In this document: positions 20,106 through 28,898 of the stretch, piece after piece
How the letters are laid out: each line of letters starts with the position of its first letter
Position numbering within the stretch: position 1 is the stretch's first letter
DNA from: Candidatus Methanosuratincola verstraetei
GTDB lineage: Archaea > Thermoproteota > Methanomethylicia > Methanomethylicales > Methanomethylicaceae
Assembly: GCA_049570475.1 (NCBI GenBank)
Contig: CP186953.1
Coordinates: 224,001 to 288,000 of the forward strand
Direction of reading: 5' to 3'
DNA: 64,000 nucleotides
The notes under the pieces: model-generated
Seen by the model: the letters and a program-made list of their open reading frames with translations, nothing else
Told to the model about the DNA's origin: nothing
Database searches by the model: none
Made by a program: the position numbers and the translations under genes

Positions 20106-20848
20106 GTGATCTTTGGGGAATTTACGCGCTCTGGTACCGAGAGGTGAAGGTCTTCCTGAGGGAGAAGTCACGCCTCGTCTCCTCGACTGTGAACCCTCTG
20201 ATCTGGTTGGTGGCCTTCGGCGGCGGCCTTGGCGCATCAATATCCATCGGCGGGGCTGGATACCAGGCATTCATATTCCCTGGGGTGTTGATGCTTGTGG
20301 TCCTCTTCACGACAATCTTCTTCGGGCTCTACGTGGTCTGGGACAAGAAAATCGACTTCTTCAAGGAGGTCCTGGTCTCGCCGCTGAAAAGGACTTCAAT
20401 ATTCGTGGGCAAGATGCTGGGGGGGTGCACGGACGGTTTGATTCAGAGCGGCATCATAATCCTCTTCGGGCCCCTGTTCGGAATAAACTACACCGCCTAT
20501 TCATTGGGGTTGGTGATACTCTTCGTGCTGCTCCTTGCGATGGGGACAACCAGCCTCGGCCTTGCGATAGGCTCTCAGATGACAAGTTTTGAGGGGTTTG
20601 GGCTGGTCCAGTCATTCGTGATCCTGCCACTCTTCTTCCTGAGCGGCGCTCTTTACCCTATAGACAACCTCCCTGCATGGCTAAGCTGGATAACGTACGC
20701 CAATCCGCTCACATACATAGTCGATGGCATGAGGGGTGCGCTTCTCGGTGAGAGCAGTTTCCCGATAGTCCTCGACCTCGGGGTGGCTGCAGCCTACGTT
20801 GCAGTGCTTGTGGCGATCGGCACCTTTGCATTCAAGAAGATGACCTGA
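20102..20848 (+). CDS. ABC-2 type permease
   Basis: ATGA overlap with the ATPase gene; about 6 TMs; FLSGALYP, NPLTY. Confidence 0.92.
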   Translation: MSDLWGIYALWYREVKVFLREKSRLVSSTVNPLIWLVAFGGGLGASISIGGAGYQAFIFPGVLMLVVLFTTIFFGLYVVWDKKIDFFKEVLVSPLKRTSIFVGKMLGGCTDGLIQSGIIILFGPLFGINYTAYSLGLVILFVLLLAMGTTSLGLAIGSQMTSFEGFGLVQSFVILPLFFLSGALYPIDNLPAWLSWITYANPLTYIVDGMRGALLGESSFPIVLDLGVAAAYVAVLVAIGTFAFKKMT

Positions 20849-20897
20849 TCTGGCTTAAGCTGCCCGCCACCAGAAGGGAGGGGCGCCCCCTCCAATT

Positions 20898-22286
20898 TTA
20901 ATGGTCATGGTCATGAATATGAATATTCGAAGCAGCCCTCTGTACGACTTCTGATAGGGCAGGGTGTATATGGACCGCATCAAGTATGCTGAATGCATCA
21001 CCCTTCCCGCTCTTCATCGCCACAATGACCTCGTGTATCATGGTAGCGGCGTCAGTTCCGATTATGTGGCACCCAAGTATCTTTAAGGTCTTCTTATCAT
21101 AGAGGAACTTCACAAACCCGTCATGGTCCTCTATCGCCTTCCCCATCCCAGAGTCTATATACCTCCACTTTGCGGCAACGTACTCCACGCCTTTGGATCG
21201 GAGCTCCTGCTCAGTGCTCCCGACGGAGGCTATCTGCGGCGATGTGAATATGGCATGGGGCATTGCGGTGTAATCGACTGGGAGCTTCTCCTCCGGGAAG
21301 AGCATGTTTTGGAGGGCATATTCGGCTTCGAGATTGGCTGCATGTTTGAACTGGTACTTCCCGATTATGTCCCCAAGCGCGTATATGCCAGGCACATTCG
21401 TCTCGAGGTATTCGTTGACTTTTATGTACCCTCGCGGATCGACTAGGACCCCGGTCTTTTCGAGGTCGAGGAGATCAGAGTTCGGAATCCTCCCAGCAGC
21501 GACGAGCAGCTGATCTGAGCTGACAGTCACAATCGAAGAGGTCTTCAGATCCTTGACTGCGATCTCATATGTGCCGCCCTCACGCCTCACTGAGACGGGC
21601 TCTGATGATGTGAATACCCTGAATTTTTTGGACGCTATGCCAGTGAATGCACGAGCGACCTCTTCATCCTCGCTGTTGATCAGAAGCTCTTTCCTGTGGA
21701 TTATGTAGACCTCCGTGCCCAAGGATCCGAAGAAATGTGCCAGTTCAGCGGCTATGTACCCGCCGCCTATGATCGCGAGGGTTTTCGGCTGCTCCCTGAG
21801 GCGCAGGGCATCATCGCTGGTGATGAACCCGGATTCCCTTAGCCCCTCGATCTCTGGGATCTTGGGCCTGGCCCCTGCCGCTATGAGGATCTTCTCTGCG
21901 GTTATCTCCTCCCCATTAACCTCAATTATTTTTCGTCCCGTGAATTTGCCTAGCCCCTTGAACAGGACTGGATTCTCGGAGGACATCAGGGCATTCTCAA
22001 TGGACTTTGACTCAGAGTCGACATCGGAAGTGACCCTATCCACGATGGCAGTGTAGTCGACTTCGTATCCCTTCACTTTTATCCCGAATCTGCCAGCGCC
22101 CCTTATTTCCTCGACTAGGTCTGCGCTGTGGATGAGCATCTTTGAGGGTATGCACCCGCGGTTGAGGCAGGTTCCGCCCAATGGACCCTTCTCGACTATT
22201 GCCACCCTGAGGCCCCTGTTGGCTGCGGCTACCGCCACGTCGAGCCCAGATCCGCTGCCTATCACGATGAGGTCGAAGTCTCTCAA
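20898..22286 (-). CDS. Class I pyridine nucleotide-disulfide oxidoreductase (dihydrolipoamide dehydrogenase/mycothione reductase-like)
   Basis: GSGSG, GGTCLNRGCIPSK, GGGYIAAE, HPALSE. Confidence 0.92.
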   Translation of the reverse strand: MRDFDLIVIGSGSGLDVAVAAANRGLRVAIVEKGPLGGTCLNRGCIPSKMLIHSADLVEEIRGAGRFGIKVKGYEVDYTAIVDRVTSDVDSESKSIENALMSSENPVLFKGLGKFTGRKIIEVNGEEITAEKILIAAGARPKIPEIEGLRESGFITSDDALRLREQPKTLAIIGGGYIAAELAHFFGSLGTEVYIIHRKELLINSEDEEVARAFTGIASKKFRVFTSSEPVSVRREGGTYEIAVKDLKTSSIVTVSSDQLLVAAGRIPNSDLLDLEKTGVLVDPRGYIKVNEYLETNVPGIYALGDIIGKYQFKHAANLEAEYALQNMLFPEEKLPVDYTAMPHAIFTSPQIASVGSTEQELRSKGVEYVAAKWRYIDSGMGKAIEDHDGFVKFLYDKKTLKILGCHIIGTDAATMIHEVIVAMKSGKGDAFSILDAVHIHPALSEVVQRAASNIHIHDHDH

Positions 22287-22307
22287 ATTAATCGCCTTCG
22301 GGAGCCA

Positions 22308-22646
22308 TCATTCCGGCAACTCAACCATAATCGAGCCTTCCTCGACCTTCACTTTGTAGGAGTTCAAGTCGGAGGTCTTCAATTTGATTGGCCCAAACTT
22401 AGGACCAGACAAGGCTTTTCCAGAAGAAAGGTCGAATTTTGAACCGTGAACGGGGCAGGTAACGGTTGTGCCGTCGATAACTCCCTTTGAGAGGTCCCCC
22501 TTCCTGTGCGAACACCTGTTGTCAATTGCATAGAGATTCCCGTTGATGTTAGCCACAAGAATTTCCCTTCCAGAAATTGTGAAAGCCTTCATTGCGTTCG
22601 GAGGCACCTCTGAGAGGCTTGCAACCCTATAGAATGTCATATCCAT
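22308..22646 (-). CDS. Rieske-type [2Fe-2S] ferredoxin
   Basis: CSH...CPVHGSKF. Confidence 0.92.
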   Translation of the reverse strand: MDMTFYRVASLSEVPPNAMKAFTISGREILVANINGNLYAIDNRCSHRKGDLSKGVIDGTTVTCPVHGSKFDLSSGKALSGPKFGPIKLKTSDLNSYKVKVEEGSIMVELPE

Positions 22647-22715
22647 CGATAGATATGATTGTCAAATACATTAATAAATTAAGTTGTAAAATAAAACCAA
22701 AATGTGGGGAACGCA

Positions 22716-23636
22716 ATGGAGATTTACGATGTGGTCATAATCGGGGGCGGGCCAGCTGGGGTTAGCGCCGCCATCTATGCCAAGAGGAAGCTCCTCCGCA
22801 CCGCATTGATCACCAAGGAGATCGGAGGGCAAGTCCTACTAACTAGCAATATCGAGAATTACCCTGGGTTCGTGGAGAGGTCTGGAATGAAGCTTGCTGA
22901 GTACTTCGAGCAGCAGCTGAAGGAGGTCGAGGTCGAGATCTTTGAAGACACGGTGAGAGAGGTACGCATTGAAGGCAAGATGTTCAAGGCAATCTGCGAG
23001 GAGGGGCGCGAGTTCTACTGCAAGAGCGTAATAGCCACAGGAGGTGGATCGCACAAGAAATTGAATGTGCCAGGCGAGGAGGAGTTCTTTGGGAGGGGGG
23101 TGTATGTCTGCGCTACGTGCGACGCCCCTCTCACCAAGAACAAGATCGTTGCGGTGGTGGGAGGTGGAAACGCGGCCTTCCAGAGCGCAGATCTCCTGGC
23201 AAGGTATGCAGCCAAAGTTTACTTGATCCACCGGAGGGGGGAATTCAGAGCAGACGGCATCTTGGTTAACAGGGTAAAGGGGCACGCCAACGTTGAGATG
23301 ATCACCAATGCGGTAATCAGGGAGATCAGGGGGAAGGACAGGGTAGAGAGCGTGCTTCTGGAGAACTTGGAAAGCCGGCAACTCTTTGATTTGCCCGTCC
23401 AGAAAGTCTTCATTGAAATAGGGAAGGAAGTCAAGGTTGATTATCTGAAGGGGCTCGTCCAGACGAACGAGTATGGCCAGGTAATCGTGGACAGGCTTCA
23501 GCGGACTAGTCGGGAGGGCATATTCGCAGCAGGTGAGATAACGGATCTCCCCTATGGACAAGCCATAATTTCGGCAGGGCAGGGCGCGGTCGCAGCGCTC
23601 GCAGCTTTCGATTACATCTCAGAGAAGAAATACTGA
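22716..23636 (+). CDS. trxB: Thioredoxin reductase (TrxB-like)
   Basis: GGGPAG, CATCD, VGGGNAA, FAAGE. Confidence 0.92.
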   Translation: MEIYDVVIIGGGPAGVSAAIYAKRKLLRTALITKEIGGQVLLTSNIENYPGFVERSGMKLAEYFEQQLKEVEVEIFEDTVREVRIEGKMFKAICEEGREFYCKSVIATGGGSHKKLNVPGEEEFFGRGVYVCATCDAPLTKNKIVAVVGGGNAAFQSADLLARYAAKVYLIHRRGEFRADGILVNRVKGHANVEMITNAVIREIRGKDRVESVLLENLESRQLFDLPVQKVFIEIGKEVKVDYLKGLVQTNEYGQVIVDRLQRTSREGIFAAGEITDLPYGQAIISAGQGAVAALAAFDYISEKKY

Positions 23637-23641
23637 CAATT

Positions 23642-24148
23642 TCAACCTTCCCCATCCAGCCTAGCAAGCTCGGCCGCGAGATCGACCGCCTTCTCCGGGT
23701 CCTCCTCAAAGCGCAGGCGCACCATTTTCCGGTGGTCGAGGAACCCGTCTGGGAAGAGCTCCACGAGACGGTCAGCGATCATCCCGGTGCCCTTCAGGAC
23801 CACGACCGGCTTTTTCATGTTGTAAGCCATCGCAACCTCGGCGAGGGAGCCGACCCCTCCAGCCACGAGGATAATGGCATCGCTGCTCCTTACTACAATT
23901 GAGCTTCTTGAAGTGAAGGACTGCCCCGAGCGTATCACCACCCGATTGTATGGGTTATTCCAGGGGTGGGAACCGGCGATCCCCTCCATCTCCACAGCCA
24001 TTATGCCCACGGTCATGCCCCCTTCCTTGAATGCGGCCTCAGAGACCACTCTCATCAGCCCCCCATCCCCTCCCGTGATCAGCACGTGCCCTCTCCTCGC
24101 TATCGCCTTCCCGAGGGCCTTTGCCTTTGCCTCTACCTCATGAGTCAC
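23642..24148 (-). CDS. LOG/lysine-decarboxylase-like protein (TIGR00725-type)
   Basis: ITGGDGGLM, GGVGSLAEVAMAY; reading frame extends about 11 codons upstream without a canonical start. Confidence 0.88.
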   Translation of the reverse strand: MTHEVEAKAKALGKAIARRGHVLITGGDGGLMRVVSEAAFKEGGMTVGIMAVEMEGIAGSHPWNNPYNRVVIRSGQSFTSRSSIVVRSSDAIILVAGGVGSLAEVAMAYNMKKPVVVLKGTGMIADRLVELFPDGFLDHRKMVRLRFEEDPEKAVDLAAELARLDGEG

Positions 24149-24231
24149 CGGGTCGTATGTCGTGATTACGCCGTAATCAACAGTTTAGAAATAGATGGGC
24201 TTGTATAATTTTAGGATGGACATTAATTATT

Positions 24232-24472
24232 GGCAGGTGCATGGGCAGTAAGGTGATAGCAAAAGACCTCGGATTCAGATGAGGGGTACATGCACAGTGC
24301 CACACCGAACTGAAGATGGAGGGAGTTTCCCGTGAAGGCTTCCTCGGCAACGGGGGAGGCTAATGAGCGGGCGGGTACTTCCTGACAGGGGCGGAGGGCA
24401 GTGAAGAGCCGCCTATGAACTCGTGAGGCGGGCGAGTCTGGTGAAGCCCAAGACCTGTGTGTGCCTACATAG
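24232..24472 (+). ncRNA. Putative multi-hairpin archaeal box H/ACA guide RNA
   Basis: Three hairpins, each with tandem GA K-turn/K-loop elements and each followed by ACA (24302, 24385, 24467); TATA-like TATAATTT at about 24204; GC-rich with no credible ORF. Confidence 0.62.
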
Positions 24473-24565
24473 GTTGAAACCCTATCTGCATCATGCATGA
24501 AGGTATGGCATTTCGGATTATAAAGTGTCCGTCGATCCCGGGATTTTTTATATATGGAAGGGTGA

Positions 24566-27466
24566 TTGGAATCTTGGGTCAAATCTATGGACGATCTTTT
24601 CTCAGCCTTCTCGAAACCCATCCAGAGGATTATCTTGGAGAAGGGCTTCAAAGGCTTCACTGAGCCGCAGAGTAAGGCGATCCCGCTAATAATGGAAGGC
24701 AAGAATGTGCTTGTCATCGCGCCTACTGGCACCGGCAAGACCGAGGCTGCGTTTTTGCCAGTCTTGGACCGCATAATCAGGGAGGGGGGCACTTGCGGGA
24801 TCAGAGTCCTCTACATATCCCCCCTTAGGGCTTTGAACAGGGACCTGCTCGACAGGCTCCACTGGTGGTGCAGCAGGCTCGACCTTAAGGTTGCAGTCAG
24901 GCACGGAGACACCGAGACGAAGGAACGGGGGCGGCAGACGATGGCACCGCCGGACATCATGATCACTACGCCCGAGACATTACAGGCAATGCTGCCAGGG
25001 AGAAATCTAAAGAGACACCTGTCGAAGGTGAGGTGGGTGATAGTCGACGAGGTCCACGAGCTTGCCAACGACAAGCGGGGCGTCCAGCTTGCTGTGGCGT
25101 TGGAGAGGCTTAGGGAGATAACGTCGGTCGAGCCCCAAGTGATCGGGCTCTCGGCAACAATAGGATCGCCTGATCTGGTTGGGAAGTTCCTTGTCGGATC
25201 AGAGAGGGGGTGCGAGATCGTCCGGGTTTCAGTCGCCAAGGACCTGAAGCTCGACGTGGTTTTTCCTGAGGCTGAAAACTCTGACTACGATCTGGCAGAG
25301 AGGCTCGCCACCTTTCCCGAAGTTGCTGCAAGGCTAAGGAATCTTAGGGATCTGATTGAGAAGAACAGGTCGACGCTCATATTCACCAACACGAGATCCG
25401 AGGCGGAGATCCTAGCCAGCAGGTTCAGGATCTGGGACGTCAATGCCCCGATAAGCATCCACCACGGGAGCCTGGCAAAGTCCTCCAGGGTTGAGGTGGA
25501 GTCGAGCCTGAAGAAGGGGGAGCTGAAGGGGGTGGTATGCACCTCCTCGCTCGAGCTCGGGATCGACATCGGCAACGTCGATCTCGTGATACAGTACAAC
25601 TCGCCCAGGCAGGTGACGAGGCTGCTCCAGAGGGTGGGGCGATCGGGGCACTGGGTCGGGGGCGTTTCGAGGGGCGTGATAATTACGATGGACTCGGACG
25701 ATGCGCTCGAGTCCGCAGTAATAGTCAGGAAGGCGCTGGCAGAGGAGCTAGAGGAGGTCAAGATCATCGAGAACCCCTGCGATGTGCTCACGCACCAGCT
25801 CGCAGGTCTCCTCCTCGACGAGGGGAGGATGGGGGTGAGCGATGCCCTCTCGATTGTGAGGAGGGCATATCCATTCGCAGCGCTGGAGGAGAGGAGGCTT
25901 GAGAGGGTGCTTGAGTACATGAGCAACAGGAGGCCAAGGCTCGCGCTCTATCTTCCGGAGGAAGGGGTCTTCATAAAGTCGAGGCCAAAAGAGGCGCTCT
26001 ACCAGTACTACTTCGAGAACCTTTCAATGATCCCCGAAGAGAAGCACTATGTGGTGATTGACGAGAAGACTGACGAGGCAATAGGGCTCCTCGACGAAGC
26101 CTTCGTTGCTGAGTATGGGGAGCCGGGGGTCAAGTTCATAGTGAGGGGATCACCGTGGAAGATTATCCAAGTATACAAGAGCACGGTGTACGTCAGGGCT
26201 GAGGATGACCCAACGGGCGCGATACCCGACTGGATAGGCGACGAGATACCAGTGCCTTTTGAGATAGCCCAGGAAGTCGGCAGCATAAGGAGGAGGGCGG
26301 CCAGCGCATTGAGACAGGGCAAGGATTACGGCATGGTCATCGATGAATTGCTCAAGGATTACCCGATCTCCAGGGATACCCTCTACAGGGCACTCCAAGA
26401 ATTGAAGGAACAGGCCGAGGGATTGTGGGAGATCCCAACAGACGATGTGGTCACAGTCGAAGGCTGGGAGGGCTATGTCATAGTGAGTTGCGCTTTTGGC
26501 CTTATGATAAACAAGGCGCTCTCCAGGATACTTGGGTACATGATAACGGAGAGGACAGGCGTAGGCGCAGGGACATCCCAAGATGCATACAGGGTCTTCG
26601 TCAAGGCGAATGTGAGCCCTGCCCTGGTCGCTGAGATCCTCAAAGGGCTAGAGGCGGAGGGGGTGCGGAAAGTCGCCGAGGTTGCTGTCGAGAGGACGGG
26701 GCTATTCAGGAGGAGGCTCATCCATGTCGCCAAGAGGATGGGAATAATAAGCAAGGAGGCTGAGATCAGCGATGTCGGGTCGGCCCAGCTCGTTGAGAAC
26801 TTGAAGGGGAGCATAGTGTACGAGGAGGCAATGAGCGAGGTCTTCTCAAAGGATCTGGACATCGAAGGGCTCGTCTCAGTTGTCGAGGGGATCAAATCCG
26901 GGAGGTTCAAGGTCAGAGTCATGGATCCTGAGTTGCCGCTGTCCCCGATCTCAAGGATCGGCATCAGGGAGCTCAGTTGGAAGACAGATCTGGTGCCCGC
27001 GGACCGGCTAAGGAGGCTTCTCATTGAGTCTACCAAGGCGAGGCTTCTGAACGAGGCCAGGGTCGCAGTCTGCGCCGAGTGCTTCAGGTTCGTCGAGAAT
27101 GTGAAAATAAAGAGGTTCATCAGCGGGTTCAGGTGCCCGGAATGCGGTTCTGCCAAGATAGGGCTGCTCGACGAGGATCCTAACGAGGTGGCACAGATGG
27201 CAGCAGAGAGGTCAGAGCTGGGGAAAGTCTCTGAGAAGCACAAGCCAATGCTCAAGGAGGCGGTTGAGACAGGGGAGCTGACCGAAGAGTACGGGCTGCA
27301 GGCAGCGATGGCCATAGCCTCGAGGAGCCTCCCTAAGCCCGTGGCATTCACAATAGCGACTTCCCGCACGAAGGATCTCGACTCTCTCGTGGACATGATA
27401 ATCAGGGAAGAGAAGAACGCGCTGAAGAGCAGGTTCCGACACAGGAAGCAGGAGGCCCAAGGCTAG
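24566..27466 (+). CDS. lhr: Lhr-family SF2 helicase with C-terminal Cys4 motif
   Basis: APTGTGKT, SPLRAL, TTPE, DEVH, LSAT, HHGSL, SSLELGID, QRVGRSGH; CAEC...CPECGS. Confidence 0.93.
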   Translation: MESWVKSMDDLFSAFSKPIQRIILEKGFKGFTEPQSKAIPLIMEGKNVLVIAPTGTGKTEAAFLPVLDRIIREGGTCGIRVLYISPLRALNRDLLDRLHWWCSRLDLKVAVRHGDTETKERGRQTMAPPDIMITTPETLQAMLPGRNLKRHLSKVRWVIVDEVHELANDKRGVQLAVALERLREITSVEPQVIGLSATIGSPDLVGKFLVGSERGCEIVRVSVAKDLKLDVVFPEAENSDYDLAERLATFPEVAARLRNLRDLIEKNRSTLIFTNTRSEAEILASRFRIWDVNAPISIHHGSLAKSSRVEVESSLKKGELKGVVCTSSLELGIDIGNVDLVIQYNSPRQVTRLLQRVGRSGHWVGGVSRGVIITMDSDDALESAVIVRKALAEELEEVKIIENPCDVLTHQLAGLLLDEGRMGVSDALSIVRRAYPFAALEERRLERVLEYMSNRRPRLALYLPEEGVFIKSRPKEALYQYYFENLSMIPEEKHYVVIDEKTDEAIGLLDEAFVAEYGEPGVKFIVRGSPWKIIQVYKSTVYVRAEDDPTGAIPDWIGDEIPVPFEIAQEVGSIRRRAASALRQGKDYGMVIDELLKDYPISRDTLYRALQELKEQAEGLWEIPTDDVVTVEGWEGYVIVSCAFGLMINKALSRILGYMITERTGVGAGTSQDAYRVFVKANVSPALVAEILKGLEAEGVRKVAEVAVERTGLFRRRLIHVAKRMGIISKEAEISDVGSAQLVENLKGSIVYEEAMSEVFSKDLDIEGLVSVVEGIKSGRFKVRVMDPELPLSPISRIGIRELSWKTDLVPADRLRRLLIESTKARLLNEARVAVCAECFRFVENVKIKRFISGFRCPECGSAKIGLLDEDPNEVAQMAAERSELGKVSEKHKPMLKEAVETGELTEEYGLQAAMAIASRSLPKPVAFTIATSRTKDLDSLVDMIIREEKNALKSRFRHRKQEAQG

Positions 27467-28053
27467 TCGTTGGATTCGGGTTCGAGACTTACCCTCTCTG
27501 GGGAAGAGCCTGCAATCATGTCAAGCAGGTGCTTCCTGTCGATCTCAACCCTCGTCCTCCACCCTACGAATAGCACGCCGTTCTGGTCCTCATCAAGATA
27601 GCCCCTCCTGATGAACCGGTTGAGGTCTTGGTCGATCTTCCAGTCCGGGAACTTCTCCTGAAGCAGCTCCTCGACATCCCGCCTGGGCGCCCTCCCCTGC
27701 TTGGATGTCAGGTACGCCACAGTTGCGGCGAATACGGCAAGGGTGTCGATCCTCCACCCCGAAAGCGAAGCGTCCCCCATCTGCAGAGGCGCCTTAGAGA
27801 TCACATAGAACCTTGCCTGCTCCAGCTCTTCTTCTGTTGGGTTCGGGTGGTCGAGTCCATCAGAATACACTATCTTCACCTCAAGCCCTAGATCGTCGAG
27901 CTTCCTCTGGAGCAGCGAGACAACCTTCATGAAATCCTTTCCGATGTACTTCTTGAGCTCGTATCCCTTGACGCCAGGAAGGCGGTGGTGCTGGTACATG
28001 ATGAGCTGGGCTGCCTTCCTTATCTTTTTGGACAGGGACGCGTCTTCGCTCAT
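27463..28053 (-). CDS. Tandem winged-helix KITE protein, Nse3/MAGE-like
   Basis: ATGA-coupled to the upstream gene; LGLEVK and GYLDEDQNGVLFVGWRTRVE resemble the MAGE/Nse3 WH-A and WH-B patterns. Confidence 0.65.
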   Translation of the reverse strand: MSEDASLSKKIRKAAQLIMYQHHRLPGVKGYELKKYIGKDFMKVVSLLQRKLDDLGLEVKIVYSDGLDHPNPTEEELEQARFYVISKAPLQMGDASLSGWRIDTLAVFAATVAYLTSKQGRAPRRDVEELLQEKFPDWKIDQDLNRFIRRGYLDEDQNGVLFVGWRTRVEIDRKHLLDMIAGSSPERVSLEPESND

Positions 28054-28898
28054 GCTTTTTCCGCCTCCTTGATCATGTTTCTCCATTTTTCGTAGCTTAT
28101 GTTGATGGCCACAGAACGGCCTCCCCGCCTGTTCTCTACGCCCTCTGCAGGCTCGACCAGGATTGTCTCCTCAATGGGGTTTATTATGAGGTTGGCCAAG
28201 CCCTTTGAGACCAAAAAAGAAAGGCGATAGGCATTCATGACGGTCTCCTCATATGTGGGACCGAGAACGAACTCCCAGTAGTCTATGGGGCCTTCCTTTG
28301 CTGACTCTATCAACCTCGACCGCATCTTCTGGATATCCTCGTTGAACGCACGCTCTGAGATGAACCTAAGCCTCACGAGCTCTGCTATGTCAACCGTCCT
28401 GTCCGAGGCGGTCTGATCGGGAGATTCCTCCTTGACACGCTGGGAGATCGGCAGGATGGAGTTCCAGTAATCCAGCGCATCCTCGAGGCGCTCCGGGGTG
28501 AGCTGATCCATTGCGACGAGAGGGTGCCAGGACGAGAGTACAGAGTATGCTAGGGCTTCCTTGCTGAGCAGCTTGATCTTCACTTCGACCAGGAAGGGAT
28601 CGATGAAAAGCCCCGAGGCCCGGCGCTTGACCCAGTCGCTCTGCAGCTTAACCATGAGCGAGAGCTCCCTTATAGCCTCTGCATCCATGAGCAGGTCGTC
28701 GATTAGCTTCCATTTTGGGAGAAGTCGCTTCAGGATTGTCAGCTTCTGGGGGATGTCTACAAGGAAAGGATCGTCGCTCTTTGTGCTTATGCTCTGGCAT
28801 AGGTTGATTATCCTTGCCAGCTCCTCGTAGTATTCCTCGCTACGCCCTTGCTGCGGCAGCCCTCGCCACCTCCGACTTGCCATGGACGTTCTGGACAA
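28050..28898 (-). CDS. Kleisin (ScpA/Nse4-like)
   Basis: N-terminal DPFLVDI...MVKLQS (ScpA-like); C-terminal IDYWEFVLGPTYEETVMNAYRLSFLVSKG (Nse4-like WH); start possibly CTG at 28859. Confidence 0.72.
   Translation of the reverse strand: MSRTSMASRRWRGLPQQGRSEEYYEELARIINLCQSISTKSDDPFLVDIPQKLTILKRLLPKWKLIDDLLMDAEAIRELSLMVKLQSDWVKRRASGLFIDPFLVEVKIKLLSKEALAYSVLSSWHPLVAMDQLTPERLEDALDYWNSILPISQRVKEESPDQTASDRTVDIAELVRLRFISERAFNEDIQKMRSRLIESAKEGPIDYWEFVLGPTYEETVMNAYRLSFLVSKGLANLIINPIEETILVEPAEGVENRRGGRSVAINISYEKWRNMIKEAEKA

Noticed and set aside
24232-24500. RNase P RNA, SRP RNA, tRNA or tmRNA
   Set aside because: Lacks the RNase P P4 motifs and the SRP helix-8 motif; no full cloverleaf and the acceptor-like pairing has mismatches
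26473-27396. 307-aa minus-strand ORF continuing after the KITE gene (possible fourth subunit)
   Set aside because: Lies wholly antisense to lhr; Ser-rich shadow composition and no TOPRIM or RING motifs
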